Source: Acidimicrobiia bacterium
GTDB taxonomy: Bacteria; Actinomycetota; Acidimicrobiia; Acidimicrobiales; VFJN01
DNA length: 64,000 nt
Assembly (NCBI GenBank): GCA_009694375.1
Contig: SHVB01000008.1
Location: 45,743 to 109,742 of the forward strand
Direction of reading: 5' to 3'
Part shown: in pieces, positions 38,663 to 47,768 of the stretch
How the letters are laid out: each line of letters starts with the position of its first letter
Position numbering within the stretch: the first letter of the stretch is position 1
Translations under genes and position numbers: made by a program
The notes under the pieces: model-generated
The model's database searches: none
Seen by the model: only the letters and a program-made list of their open reading frames with translations
What the model was told of the DNA's origin: nothing

Positions 38663-39367
38663 ATAGCCACGCCCCCGGCCACCGGCGAGCCACGGATCAA
38701 TGATCGGATCCGGGCCCGTGAGGTACGACTGGTGGGCCATGACGGGCAGCAGATCGGTATCAAGCCGCTGCCCGATGCGCTCTCCCTTGCCCGGGAACTC
38801 GATCTCGACCTCGTCGAAGTTGCGGCCCAGGCGAATCCCCCGGTCTGCCGAATCATGGACTACGGCAAATACAAGTACGAGGCGGCCCAGAAGGCGAAGG
38901 AATCTCGCCGGAAGACCACCAACGTCGTGATCAAGGAGATGAAATACCGACCCAAGATCGGCGTCGGGGACTTCGACACCAAAACTCGCAAGGTGGAGCA
39001 CTTCCTCACCGAGGGTCACAAGGTGAAAGTCACCTTGACCTTCCGTGGTCGTGAGGTGGCTCATCCGGAACTCGGCCGAAAGATCCTTGAGCAGGTAGAG
39101 GTTGCGGTGAAGGACGTGGGTCGAGTGGAGATCTTCCCTCGCATGGACGGACGCAACATGACCATGGTGCTAGCCCCCGACAAGAAGGCACAGGCAGCGG
39201 CGGCGAAAGCAGCAGCGGCAGCCCTTGCCGAGGCCAAAATGTTGGCCGACGAAACGCCGGTCATCCAAGCCACTGCAGCCATCGAAGCCATCGACACCAC
39301 CGACACCACCGACACCACCGACACCACCGACACCACCGAGACGGACAGCGAGACCAACGCCACCTGA
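38663..39367 (+). CDS. infC: translation initiation factor IF-3 with non-AUG (ATA) start and acidic C-terminal extension
   Basis: RINDRIRAREVRLVGHDGQQIGI and PPVCRIMDYGKYKYE motifs. An in-frame stop at 38633 limits the start candidates, and the IF3 N-domain begins upstream of the track start (GTG 38732). ATA 38663 has AGGA 7 nt upstream. Confidence 0.85.
   Translation: MATPPATGEPRINDRIRAREVRLVGHDGQQIGIKPLPDALSLARELDLDLVEVAAQANPPVCRIMDYGKYKYEAAQKAKESRRKTTNVVIKEMKYRPKIGVGDFDTKTRKVEHFLTEGHKVKVTLTFRGREVAHPELGRKILEQVEVAVKDVGRVEIFPRMDGRNMTMVLAPDKKAQAAAAKAAAAALAEAKMLADETPVIQATAAIEAIDTTDTTDTTDTTDTTETDSETNAT
39293..39337 (+). repeat. perfect 9-bp tandem repeat (GACACCACC)x5 inside infC
   Basis: Five identical in-frame copies encode (DTT)5 in the C-terminal tail. 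Confidence 0.95.
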
Positions 39368-39401
39368 GGTTCTCGGTTCGCCCGAAAAGAGAGATCCACT
39401 C

Positions 39402-39596
39402 ATGCCCAAGATGAAGACCCACCGCGGCGCCAAGAAGCGCTTCAAAGTCACTGGTACCGGCAAGCTCCGGCGACTGCAGGTCAACAACAACCACATCCTT
39501 GAGAAGAAGGCGCCCAAGCGGATGCGCCGGCTCAAGGGTGAAACCAGTGTCGCTCCCGGTGACGCGGCTCGAATCAAACGGATGCTCGGCCTCTAG
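39402..39596 (+). CDS. rpmI: 50S ribosomal protein L35
   Basis: [21 protein letters not shown]. Confidence 0.95.
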   Translation: MPKMKTHRGAKKRFKVTGTGKLRRLQVNNNHILEKKAPKRMRRLKGETSVAPGDAARIKRMLGL

Positions 39597-39619
39597 GCCG
39601 GGTTAAGGAGGAACGACTT

Positions 39620-39988
39620 ATGGCACGAGTAAAGCGCGCCGTCCATTCGAAGAAGAAGCGCCGGGCAACCCTCGAGCGCGCCCAGGGCTACTACGGCAAC
39701 AAGAGCCGGTCCTTCAAGTCCGCCAACGAGGCGGTGATGCACGCCGGTCGCTATGCCTTCCGTGACCGTCGGGCTCGTAAGGGCGACTTCCGCTCGCTGT
39801 GGATCCAACGAATCAACGCCGCCTGTCGGGAGAATGGGACGAGCTACAGCCGTTTCATTTCCGGGTTGCGGGTGGCCGAGATCACCGTCGACCGCAAGGT
39901 GCTGGCCGATCTGGCCGTTCGGGAGCCGCTGGCCTTCGCGTCCCTGGTGCAGACCGCCACCGAGGCCTCGGCCAAGGAGACCACCTGA
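39620..39988 (+). CDS. rplT: 50S ribosomal protein L20
   Basis: [15 protein letters not shown]...[24 protein letters not shown]. Confidence 0.96.
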   Translation: MARVKRAVHSKKKRRATLERAQGYYGNKSRSFKSANEAVMHAGRYAFRDRRARKGDFRSLWIQRINAACRENGTSYSRFISGLRVAEITVDRKVLADLAVREPLAFASLVQTATEASAKETT

Positions 39989-40026
39989 ACCATGATCGAG
40001 GGCCGATCGGCCCCCGACATCCCAGC

Positions 40027-40818
40027 GTGCAACTGCTGCGGCGCCTCTCGGGGCGCCGCGCGGCGCGTCTAGAGGCCGGAGCTTTTGTCGTGGATGGGCC
40101 CGTGCTCATCGCGGAAGCCCTCACCGCGGGAGTGGCCATCCGTGAGGCCTTCGCCACCGACCGCGTGGACCCCGCCCTCATCGACACCCTCGAGGTCGCC
40201 GGCGTCAGGGTGCACGAGATCCGGGAAGAGGTGTTGGCCCGAGCGGTGGACACGGTCAGCCCGCAGGGAATCGCCGCTATCGCCGCCCGGGTGGAGGTAT
40301 CGGTGTCCGAGGCGGTGACCGCCGCCGCCGCCGGGGCCATGGCGTTCGTCCTGGTAGACGTAGCCGACCCCGGCAACGCGGGCACCTTGCTGCGGGCCGC
40401 CGAAGCGTCCGGAGCGGCCGCGGTATTGTTCTGCGGGACCTCCGTGGATCCCAGCAATCCGAAGTGCGTGCGGGCATCAGCGGGGGCGCTGTTCCACCTC
40501 CCGGTGGCCAGCGGAGGAGACACGATGGCGGTAACCGAGGCGCTACGAGAAGCGGGGGTGCGCACGTTCGCCACCGTGGTGCGTGGCGGTACGCCGTACC
40601 ACACCGTCGATCTCACCGGACCGACGGCGATCCTGCTCGGGAGCGAGGCCCACGGCCTGCCCGACGACGTAGCCGCCGCCGTCGATCAGTGCCTCACGAT
40701 CCCGCTCACCGGACGGGCCGAGTCCCTCAACGTGGCCATGACCGGATCCGTGCTGGCGTTCGAGGCCCTCCGCCAACGGACGAGCGCGCCGAAACCGATT
40801 GGCGGCACCCCGGGCTGA
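40027..40818 (+). CDS. TrmH/SpoU-family rRNA/tRNA 2'-O-methyltransferase (start uncertain)
   Basis: SPOUT motifs DPGNAGTLLRAAEASG, ILLGSEAHGL, ESLNVAMTGSVLAFE. GTG 40027 is the first in-frame canonical start after the rplT stop. The track start at 39799 overlaps rplT. Confidence 0.8.
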   Translation: MQLLRRLSGRRAARLEAGAFVVDGPVLIAEALTAGVAIREAFATDRVDPALIDTLEVAGVRVHEIREEVLARAVDTVSPQGIAAIAARVEVSVSEAVTAAAAGAMAFVLVDVADPGNAGTLLRAAEASGAAAVLFCGTSVDPSNPKCVRASAGALFHLPVASGGDTMAVTEALREAGVRTFATVVRGGTPYHTVDLTGPTAILLGSEAHGLPDDVAAAVDQCLTIPLTGRAESLNVAMTGSVLAFEALRQRTSAPKPIGGTPG

Positions 40819-40837
40819 CCGGGGACCATTCTCTGTC

Positions 40838-41836
40838 ATGCTCGAGAACATCGCCGCCCTTGAGACCACCGCGCCGCCGCGTCTGGCGGCCGCCGGCAGC
40901 CTCGAGGAACTGGCGGCGATCGAGTCGGAACTGCTGGGTAAGAAATCGGTGCTGGCCTCCTACAAGTCCCAGTTGGGTGGGCTCGACCCCGATGGGCGGC
41001 GAGCGGTAGGCGGGGCCCTCAACCGGGCGCGGGCCACCGTGGAGAGTGCGGTAACGGCCCGTCGGTTGGAACTGGAGGGGGAACAGCGCCGCCTCCAACT
41101 GAACGCCGAGCGGCTCGACCTCACCGAAGCGGCCCCCGGAACCGGCGCCGGTCACCTCCACCTCGTCACCCAGGCCATGGAGACCCTCGAGGATGTGTTC
41201 GTCGGGATGGGGTTCACCATTGCCGAGGGTCCCGAGGTAGAGACGGATTGGCACAACTTCGGCGCCCTCAATTTCCCGCTCGATCACCCAGCCCGGGACA
41301 TGTACGACACGCTCTACGTGGAGATGGGGGCGCCGGGCTCCACCGTGCTTCGCACCCACACTTCACCGGTGCAGGTGCGGGTGATGAGCGGCGAGGAGCC
41401 GCCCTTCTACATGGTGATGCCCGGCCGGGTGTTTCGCCAGGACACCCCCGACGCCACCCACATGCCTGTCTTTCATCAGATCGAGGGGTTGGTGATCGAC
41501 CGCAACATCACCTTCGCCGACCTCGCCGGCACGCTCGATGCCTTCACGAAGGCGTTCTTCGGCGGCGATTTCACCTCTCGCCTGCGGCCGTCCTACTTCC
41601 CCTTCACGGAGCCTTCGGCGGAGTTCGACATCCAGCGTCCCGACGGCTCGTGGTTGGAACTCGGGGGCTGCGGGATGGTGCACCCCAATGTGTTGAGCAA
41701 CTGCGGCATCGATCCCGAAGAGTGGCAGGGCTTCGCGTTCGGGTTTGGGCTCGATCGCCTCGGGGCCAGTGCCCATGGAGTGGCCGACCTGCGCGACCTC
41801 TTCACCAACGACATCCGCTTTCTGAGTCAGTTCTAA
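40838..41836 (+). CDS. pheS: phenylalanine--tRNA ligase alpha subunit
   Basis: Class II aaRS motifs (FRQDTPDATHMPVFHQIEG, GCGMVHPNVL, AFGFGLDRL). Confidence 0.95.
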   Translation: MLENIAALETTAPPRLAAAGSLEELAAIESELLGKKSVLASYKSQLGGLDPDGRRAVGGALNRARATVESAVTARRLELEGEQRRLQLNAERLDLTEAAPGTGAGHLHLVTQAMETLEDVFVGMGFTIAEGPEVETDWHNFGALNFPLDHPARDMYDTLYVEMGAPGSTVLRTHTSPVQVRVMSGEEPPFYMVMPGRVFRQDTPDATHMPVFHQIEGLVIDRNITFADLAGTLDAFTKAFFGGDFTSRLRPSYFPFTEPSAEFDIQRPDGSWLELGGCGMVHPNVLSNCGIDPEEWQGFAFGFGLDRLGASAHGVADLRDLFTNDIRFLSQF

Positions 41837-41846
41837 GGACAGCAGC

Positions 41847-44195
41847 ATGAAGGTCTTGCTCTCGTGGTTGCGCGACTTCGCTCCCTTCGAAGGGGACCCC
41901 GTCGCGCTCGGTGAGGAGATGAGCGACCTGGGCATGGCGGTGGAGGAACTCGAACGTCTCGGCGAGGGTCTCGGGGGGGTCGTGGTGGCGCGGGTGATCG
42001 ACACGCGACCAGTAGAAGGGGCCAACAAGATTCACCTGGTCACCGTCGATGCCGGAGACGGCGAGCCACTCGAGGTGGGGTGCGGGGCCTTCAACATGCA
42101 GGTGGGCGATCTCGTCCCGTTGGCCACCATTGGCACCACGATGCCCAGCGGGATGGAGATCGGCCGTCGCAAGATGGCCGGCGTATGGTCGAATGGGATG
42201 CTGTGCTCAGCCTCCGAACTGGGCCTGGGTGGTGATACCGGCGGGATCTTCCTCCTCCCGAACCACCTGACTCCCGGGACGCCCTTCACCGAGGCGTTGG
42301 GCATTTCGGCCGATGTCCTCTACGACCTCGAGATCAATCCGAACCGGCCCGATGCGATGTCGATCGCCGGCGTGGCGCGCGACCTAGCGGCGCGGCTACG
42401 GCTGCCCTTCAGTCTTCCCGACCCCACCCCGGTCCTTCTCCCGGCGGCGGCGATTGGCTCGGTCGGGGTGGAGATTTTGGCCCCCGAACGGTGTGGCCTG
42501 TTCGAAGCCCGGGTGCTGCGAGGTGTCGCCGTGGGCCCGGGCGATCCGAAGGTGGCCACCCGCTTGGCGCTGCTCGGAATGCGCTCGATCAACAACGTGG
42601 TGGACGTGTCGAACTACGTCATGCTCGAACTAGGGCAGCCCAATCATCCCTATGACCTCGCCAAGGTGGCGGGCCCCGGCTTTCGGGTGCGTCTGGCGCA
42701 CGACGGGGAAGCGCTCGTCACCCTCGACGCCATCGAGCGTTCTCTGAGCCCCGAGGACCTTCTGATCTGCGATGGCCATGATGTACCCGTGGGGCTGGCG
42801 GGCATCATGGGTGGATCGGCCAGCGAGATCGATGCGAGCACTCAGGACGTCCTCGTGGAGATGGCCTGGTTCCACCCGATAGGCATCGTGAAATCCTCGC
42901 GCCGGCACAAACTTCGATCCGAAGCGTCGGCTCGCTTTGAGAAGGGGACCGATCCCGAAATCGTGGATCTCGCCATGCGCCGGTTCGCCGATCTGCTCGG
43001 GGCAGGGTTGGAAGACGGCTCGGTACGGGCCACCGGCACCTTGCCCGATCGGCCTCCAGTGCTCGTGCGCACTGCTCGCGTGGCCAAGTTGTTGGGTTCG
43101 GATTTGGGTTCAGCTCGCATCGCGGAGGTGCTCGATCCCATCGGCTTCCGGGTTACCGCCGTGGGGCAGGATCTCGAGGTGCAGATTCCGTCGTGGCGCT
43201 ACGACTCCGCCACCGAGATCGATGTGATTGAGGAAGTAGCCCGTCACCACGGCTACACGGCGCTGGGCCGCACCCTTCCTCGCGCCGCCACCACCGGCGC
43301 GCTATCGGCGCGCCAATTGGATCGGCGCCGCCTGCGGGCCACGTTGGTGGGTCGGGGAATCTCCGAGGCCATGCCGATGCCCTTCCTGGCCCCGGGGGAG
43401 TTGGCCCGTTGTGGACTGCCCGACGACGGCATCACCATTGCCAATCCCCTGGCGGCCGAACAGTCCGTGTTGCGCACTTCATTGCTGCCGGGTTTGGTGG
43501 GGGCAGTGGCCTACAACTGGTCGCACCGCAACCACGGCGTGCGGCTCTTCGAGATCGGCCACACCTTCAACCGTCCCCGTGATCCCCACGCGGAGTTGCC
43601 CGATGAACGAGAGGTGCTTGGGGTGGTGTTGGCGGGATCGGCGGCTCCCGACGCCGTCCTGGTGTGGCACGCGTTGGCGGAGGCCCTCGGGCTAAGGGAT
43701 GTGGGCCTGCACAACGACCCTCGGCCCGGCCTGCATCCCACCCGTTCGGCGTCGTTGCGGTTCGGCGATCTCGCGGTGGGGGCAGTAGGGGAAATCGATC
43801 CGGAGGTACTGGCGGTCCACGACATCGCTGAGCGGGTTGGCTACCTCGAACTCGATCTCGATGCCCTTCTTGACCGACCCCACGGTGACGCCGTCTACCG
43901 GTCCTTCAGCCTCTTCCCGAGTAGCGATATCGACCTCGCCTTCGAGGTAGACGACGAGGTCCCCGCCGCGGCCGTGCACGACGCCATCGACGCCGCTGGT
44001 GGTCCGCTGTTGTGGAGCGTGGAACTCTTCGACGTGTATCGCGGGCCAGGGGTGGCCGAGGGTCGCCGGAGCCTCGCCTACCGCCTCCGCTTCCAAGCGG
44101 CCGAGCGCACCCTCACCGAGGGCGATGTTGCTGCCGCGCGCTCAGGGGTGATTGATGCCGTGCAATCGGCGCTGCCCGCCACGTTGCGCACCTAG
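41847..44195 (+). CDS. pheT: phenylalanine--tRNA ligase beta subunit
   Basis: MKVLLSWLRDF start, tRNA-binding domain, B3/4 and B5 domains. 782 aa. Confidence 0.95.
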   Translation: MKVLLSWLRDFAPFEGDPVALGEEMSDLGMAVEELERLGEGLGGVVVARVIDTRPVEGANKIHLVTVDAGDGEPLEVGCGAFNMQVGDLVPLATIGTTMPSGMEIGRRKMAGVWSNGMLCSASELGLGGDTGGIFLLPNHLTPGTPFTEALGISADVLYDLEINPNRPDAMSIAGVARDLAARLRLPFSLPDPTPVLLPAAAIGSVGVEILAPERCGLFEARVLRGVAVGPGDPKVATRLALLGMRSINNVVDVSNYVMLELGQPNHPYDLAKVAGPGFRVRLAHDGEALVTLDAIERSLSPEDLLICDGHDVPVGLAGIMGGSASEIDASTQDVLVEMAWFHPIGIVKSSRRHKLRSEASARFEKGTDPEIVDLAMRRFADLLGAGLEDGSVRATGTLPDRPPVLVRTARVAKLLGSDLGSARIAEVLDPIGFRVTAVGQDLEVQIPSWRYDSATEIDVIEEVARHHGYTALGRTLPRAATTGALSARQLDRRRLRATLVGRGISEAMPMPFLAPGELARCGLPDDGITIANPLAAEQSVLRTSLLPGLVGAVAYNWSHRNHGVRLFEIGHTFNRPRDPHAELPDEREVLGVVLAGSAAPDAVLVWHALAEALGLRDVGLHNDPRPGLHPTRSASLRFGDLAVGAVGEIDPEVLAVHDIAERVGYLELDLDALLDRPHGDAVYRSFSLFPSSDIDLAFEVDDEVPAAAVHDAIDAAGGPLLWSVELFDVYRGPGVAEGRRSLAYRLRFQAAERTLTEGDVAAARSGVIDAVQSALPATLRT

Positions 44196-44209
44196 GCCCA
44201 TCGGCGCCC

Positions 44210-44515
44210 TCAACTACCGGGGGTCTCGTTGAGGCCACCGTCGCCCATCTGGCGGTAGAGGCTGTAGATCTCCTGACAGATGCCACAGAGGGGGAGTTTG
44301 CCGGGATCTTTTTGAGGCACGAAGCGTTCCCCGCACAGGGCCTCCAGCGGATAGCCGAAGATTCGGGCTTCGGTCACTTTGGCCGCCGCTGATTCGCCCG
44401 GTTCGGTCCTCACGATGTGGGCCGATTCGGGTGAGGCGGTGGACAGGTTCTCGTCGGTGCGGCGGTCGAGGTCGGGGTCGATCGTGGTGACCGAGGGGTG
44501 AGACGGGACAACCAT
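44210..44515 (-). CDS. DUF3039-like small protein
   Basis: YPLEALCGERFVPQKDPGKLPLCGICQEIY matches my memory of the DUF3039 pattern. Start taken at ATG 44515; the track extension to 44728 overlaps the argC start region. Confidence 0.6.
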   Translation of the reverse strand: MVVPSHPSVTTIDPDLDRRTDENLSTASPESAHIVRTEPGESAAAKVTEARIFGYPLEALCGERFVPQKDPGKLPLCGICQEIYSLYRQMGDGGLNETPGS

Positions 44516-44595
44516 GAGGCGAGAACATAACGCCTCCCGGCCGCCGAGCGAAACCACGGGGAGGAGGCGGAGAGGGCCGGGAGGCTGAAGGGTCC

Positions 44596-44611
44596 TTGCA
44601 TGATCATGCAA
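44596..44611. promoter_or_regulatory. ARG box (ArgR operator), perfect palindrome TTGCATGATCATGCAA
   Basis: Perfect 16-bp palindrome of the TGCAT-N4/6-ATGCA type, followed by a second ATGCATGAT half-site (44616-44624). It lies immediately upstream of argC, and argR is encoded in the same operon. Confidence 0.75.
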
Positions 44612-44630
44612 GATGATGCATGATTCTCGG

Positions 44631-45647
44631 ATGGTTTCCGTAGGCATCATCGGGGCGTCGGGCTTCATCGGCGCCGAGTTGCTGCGCTTGAGCGCGGCCC
44701 ACCCCGACCTGGACGTCCGTATGGCCACCGGCGACAGCCAAGCCGGGTCCCGGGCCGCCGATCTCTACCCCAGTTTGGCCGCCGCCTATCCGTCGCTCGT
44801 CTACCGGGCGTACGACCCGGCCGAGGTGGCCGGTCTGGATGTGGTGTTCCTCGGCCTGCCCCACGGTGCCAGTCAGGCCATCGTGCCCGAGCTCATCGGC
44901 AAGGTGGGTCACCTCGTCGACCTCGCCGCCGACTTCCGTCTCCAGGACGCCCGCTTGTACCCCCAGTGGTACGGCGAGGCCCACACCGCCCCCGAGTTGC
45001 TGCCGCACTTCGCCTACGGCCTCCCCGAACTGTTCCGCCCCGCCATCCTTGCCGCCACCCACGTGGCCACCCCGGGGTGCTATCCCACCGCAGCGGCCCT
45101 CGCCCTCGCCCCGCTCACGCGGGCCGGGGTCATCGACCCGCAGGGGATCATCGTGGACGCCGCCTCGGGAGTGTCCGGTGCCGGCCGCTCGCCGCAAGCG
45201 TCCACCACCTTTTGCGCGGTGGACGAAGATTTCACGGCCTACGGCCTGCTCGACCATCGGCACACCCCCGAGATGGAGCAGATACTCGGAGCCACGGTCC
45301 TCTTCACCCCCCATTTGGCCCCGATGAACCGCGGTATCTTGGCTACCTGTTACGCCCGCCCCACCGGCACCACCAGCACGACGGCGCTCCTGGATCTCCT
45401 CCGTCAGGCCTACGCCGGCGAGCCCTTCGTGGTGGTCACCGAAACCTCGCCGTCTACCAAGGCCACCCTGGGTTCGAACTGTGCCCATGTCACGGCGCGC
45501 TATGACCCGCGTAGCGGGTACGTGTTGGCCATCGCCGCCCTCGACAACATCACCAAGGGCGCCGCGGGGGCCGCGGTGCAGTGCGCCAACCTGCTCCTCG
45601 GCCTCCCCGAAACCACCGGCCTTCCCATCGCCGGGGTCTACCCATGA
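44631..45647 (+). CDS. argC: N-acetyl-gamma-glutamyl-phosphate reductase
   Basis: VGIIGASGFIGAELLR and the catalytic GCYPTAA motif. Start is ATG 44631 (MVSVGIIGASG), or ATG 44613/44616 inside the operator. Confidence 0.92.
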   Translation: MVSVGIIGASGFIGAELLRLSAAHPDLDVRMATGDSQAGSRAADLYPSLAAAYPSLVYRAYDPAEVAGLDVVFLGLPHGASQAIVPELIGKVGHLVDLAADFRLQDARLYPQWYGEAHTAPELLPHFAYGLPELFRPAILAATHVATPGCYPTAAALALAPLTRAGVIDPQGIIVDAASGVSGAGRSPQASTTFCAVDEDFTAYGLLDHRHTPEMEQILGATVLFTPHLAPMNRGILATCYARPTGTTSTTALLDLLRQAYAGEPFVVVTETSPSTKATLGSNCAHVTARYDPRSGYVLAIAALDNITKGAAGAAVQCANLLLGLPETTGLPIAGVYP

Positions 45648-45711
45648 ACCCCGGGCTGCGGTGGACGACGGAATGTCCCATCCCCCCGTCGGGAGAGATC
45701 GTGAGTTGGCT

Positions 45712-46884
45712 ATGAGTGTGACCGCGGCCGCAGGATTCCGGGCCCACGGGGTGGCCTGTGGCATCAAGGAATCGGGTGATCTCGATCTCAGTATCGTGGC
45801 CACCCACGACGGTGAGCCGGTCAGCGCCACGGCGGTGTTCACGCAGAACAAGATGACCGCCGCGCCGGTGATCACCACGAGTGCCCACCTGCTCTTGTCC
45901 GAGGGGCAGGCCGCCGCGGTGGTCCTCAACAGCGGATGTGCCAACGCCGCCACCGGCCCCTCCGGTGTGGCCGATGCCGAGCGCATGACCGAGTTGGTGG
46001 CGGCGGAGATCGGTTGCGCGGCTCACGAGGTGCTCGTCTGCTCCACCGGGCTCATTGGTTACTCGCTGCCCATGGATGCCATTGCGAGCGGCGTGGTGGA
46101 CCTGGTAGCGGGACTCAACTCCAGCCCCGCCGGTGCCATCGCCGCCTCCCAAGCCATCTGCACCACCGACACCCACCGGAAGGAAGCGGTGGTGCGGGGG
46201 CCGGGGTTCGTGGTGGGGGGCATGGCTAAAGGGGCCGCCATGCTCGCCCCCAACATGGCCACGATGTTGGCGGTGATCACCACCGATGTCGCTCTCGCCG
46301 CGCCCGCCCTTACCGAGGTGCTGCGGGCGGCGGTGGCGGCGAGCTTCAACTCCATGTCCTCGGATGGATGCACCTCCACCAACGACACCGTGATCCTCCT
46401 CGCCTCGGGGCTAGCCGGTCCGCCCACCGACTCGGCGGCGTTCGCTGGCGCGGTGGCCGAGGTGTGTCTCGACCTGGCCACCCAGATGGTGGGCGACGCC
46501 GAGGGCCACACCAAAGTGGTGCGCGTGAAGGTCACGGGAGCCGCCTCCGATGACGATGCGCGCGCCGGCGCTCGTCGGGTGGCGGAGAGCCAACTCGTGA
46601 AGTGCTCCTGGTACGGCAAGGACCCCTACTGGGGTCGGATTGCCAGTGAGTTGGGCGCGGCGGGGATCGTCTTCGAACCCGAACGCCTGACGGTTCGCTA
46701 CGGCGAGTTGATCGTGGCCGAAGGAGGCGTCACCGCGCCGGTGGACCCCATCGCCATCGCCGCCTACATGGACCAGGAGTGGATCGAGGTCACGGCCCAC
46801 CTCGGCCTCGGCGATGGCCGAGCCCAGATCCTCACCAACGATCTCACCCACGCCTACATCGACGAGAACATGGGTACCTCATGA
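45712..46884 (+). CDS. argJ: bifunctional glutamate N-acetyltransferase / amino-acid acetyltransferase
   Basis: GFRAHGVACGIK and the autoprocessing site PNMATMLAVITTD. Start is ATG 45712 (alternative 45673). The track start at 45481 overlaps argC. Confidence 0.9.
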   Translation: MSVTAAAGFRAHGVACGIKESGDLDLSIVATHDGEPVSATAVFTQNKMTAAPVITTSAHLLLSEGQAAAVVLNSGCANAATGPSGVADAERMTELVAAEIGCAAHEVLVCSTGLIGYSLPMDAIASGVVDLVAGLNSSPAGAIAASQAICTTDTHRKEAVVRGPGFVVGGMAKGAAMLAPNMATMLAVITTDVALAAPALTEVLRAAVAASFNSMSSDGCTSTNDTVILLASGLAGPPTDSAAFAGAVAEVCLDLATQMVGDAEGHTKVVRVKVTGAASDDDARAGARRVAESQLVKCSWYGKDPYWGRIASELGAAGIVFEPERLTVRYGELIVAEGGVTAPVDPIAIAAYMDQEWIEVTAHLGLGDGRAQILTNDLTHAYIDENMGTS

Positions 46885-47768
46885 TGCCGACTGTCCCCAC
46901 CGCCCGGGAGACGGCCGAGGCCCGGGCCGCCGTGCTTATCGAGGCTCTGCCCTACATTCAGCGCTTCCATGGCCGCACCATGGTGGTCAAGTACGGCGGT
47001 AACGCCATGGTGGACCCCGCGCTGGCGGCCACCTTCGCCGCCGATGTGGTGCTGATGCGCTCGGTGGGCCTGCGGCCCGTGGTGGTCCACGGCGGAGGTC
47101 CTCAGATCAGTGACCTGATGACGAGGCTCGGCAAGGTTCCTGAGTTTCGCGACGGCCAACGCGTGACCGATGCCGAGACCGTGGACATCGCCCGCATGGT
47201 CTTGGTGGGCAAGGTCAATCGCGAGATCGTGGCCTCCATCAATCTCCACGGATCCCTCGCCGTGGGCGTGAGCGGGGAGGACGCCGGTCTCATCGTGGCC
47301 GGTGCCCGCCACCCCGACCTCGGCTTCGTGGGTGATGTTCAGTCCGTGAACCCGGCCATCCTCCAACGCCTCCTGGCCGAAGATCTCATTCCGGTCGTGA
47401 GCACGATGGGGGCCGATGCCCAAGGGCAGACCTACAACATCAACGCCGACACGGTGGCAGGAGCGCTGGCCGAGGCTCTTGGTGCCGAGAAGGTCATCTA
47501 TCTCACCGACGTCGAGGGCCTCCTCGCCGATTGCGACGATCCGGGCAGCCTCATCAGCCGGATCGATGCTTCCGGCTTGGCTGAACTGGTGGCCGCCGGA
47601 GCCCTGAGAGGCGGGATGATCCCCAAGATCGACGCCTGCTTGCACGCGGTGGGGCATGGGGTGGCCTCGGCCCATCTCCTCGATGGTCGGCTCCCCCATG
47701 TCGTCCTGCTGGAACTCTTCAGCGACGCCGGTATCGGCACCATGATCGTGCCCGAGGAGCCCGCATGA
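46881..47768 (+). CDS. argB: acetylglutamate kinase
   Basis: VVKYGGNAM and VVVHGGGPQI motifs. ATGA overlap with argJ. Confidence 0.93.
   Translation: MMPTVPTARETAEARAAVLIEALPYIQRFHGRTMVVKYGGNAMVDPALAATFAADVVLMRSVGLRPVVVHGGGPQISDLMTRLGKVPEFRDGQRVTDAETVDIARMVLVGKVNREIVASINLHGSLAVGVSGEDAGLIVAGARHPDLGFVGDVQSVNPAILQRLLAEDLIPVVSTMGADAQGQTYNINADTVAGALAEALGAEKVIYLTDVEGLLADCDDPGSLISRIDASGLAELVAAGALRGGMIPKIDACLHAVGHGVASAHLLDGRLPHVVLLELFSDAGIGTMIVPEEPA

Noticed and set aside
39293-39337. Tandem 9-bp repeat considered as a CRISPR-like or minisatellite element
   Set aside because: The units are contiguous with no spacers, are in-frame within infC, and encode (DTT)5. It is a coding microsatellite, not a CRISPR array. 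No CRISPR repeats, IS elements, integrases or tRNA genes were seen anywhere in the window.
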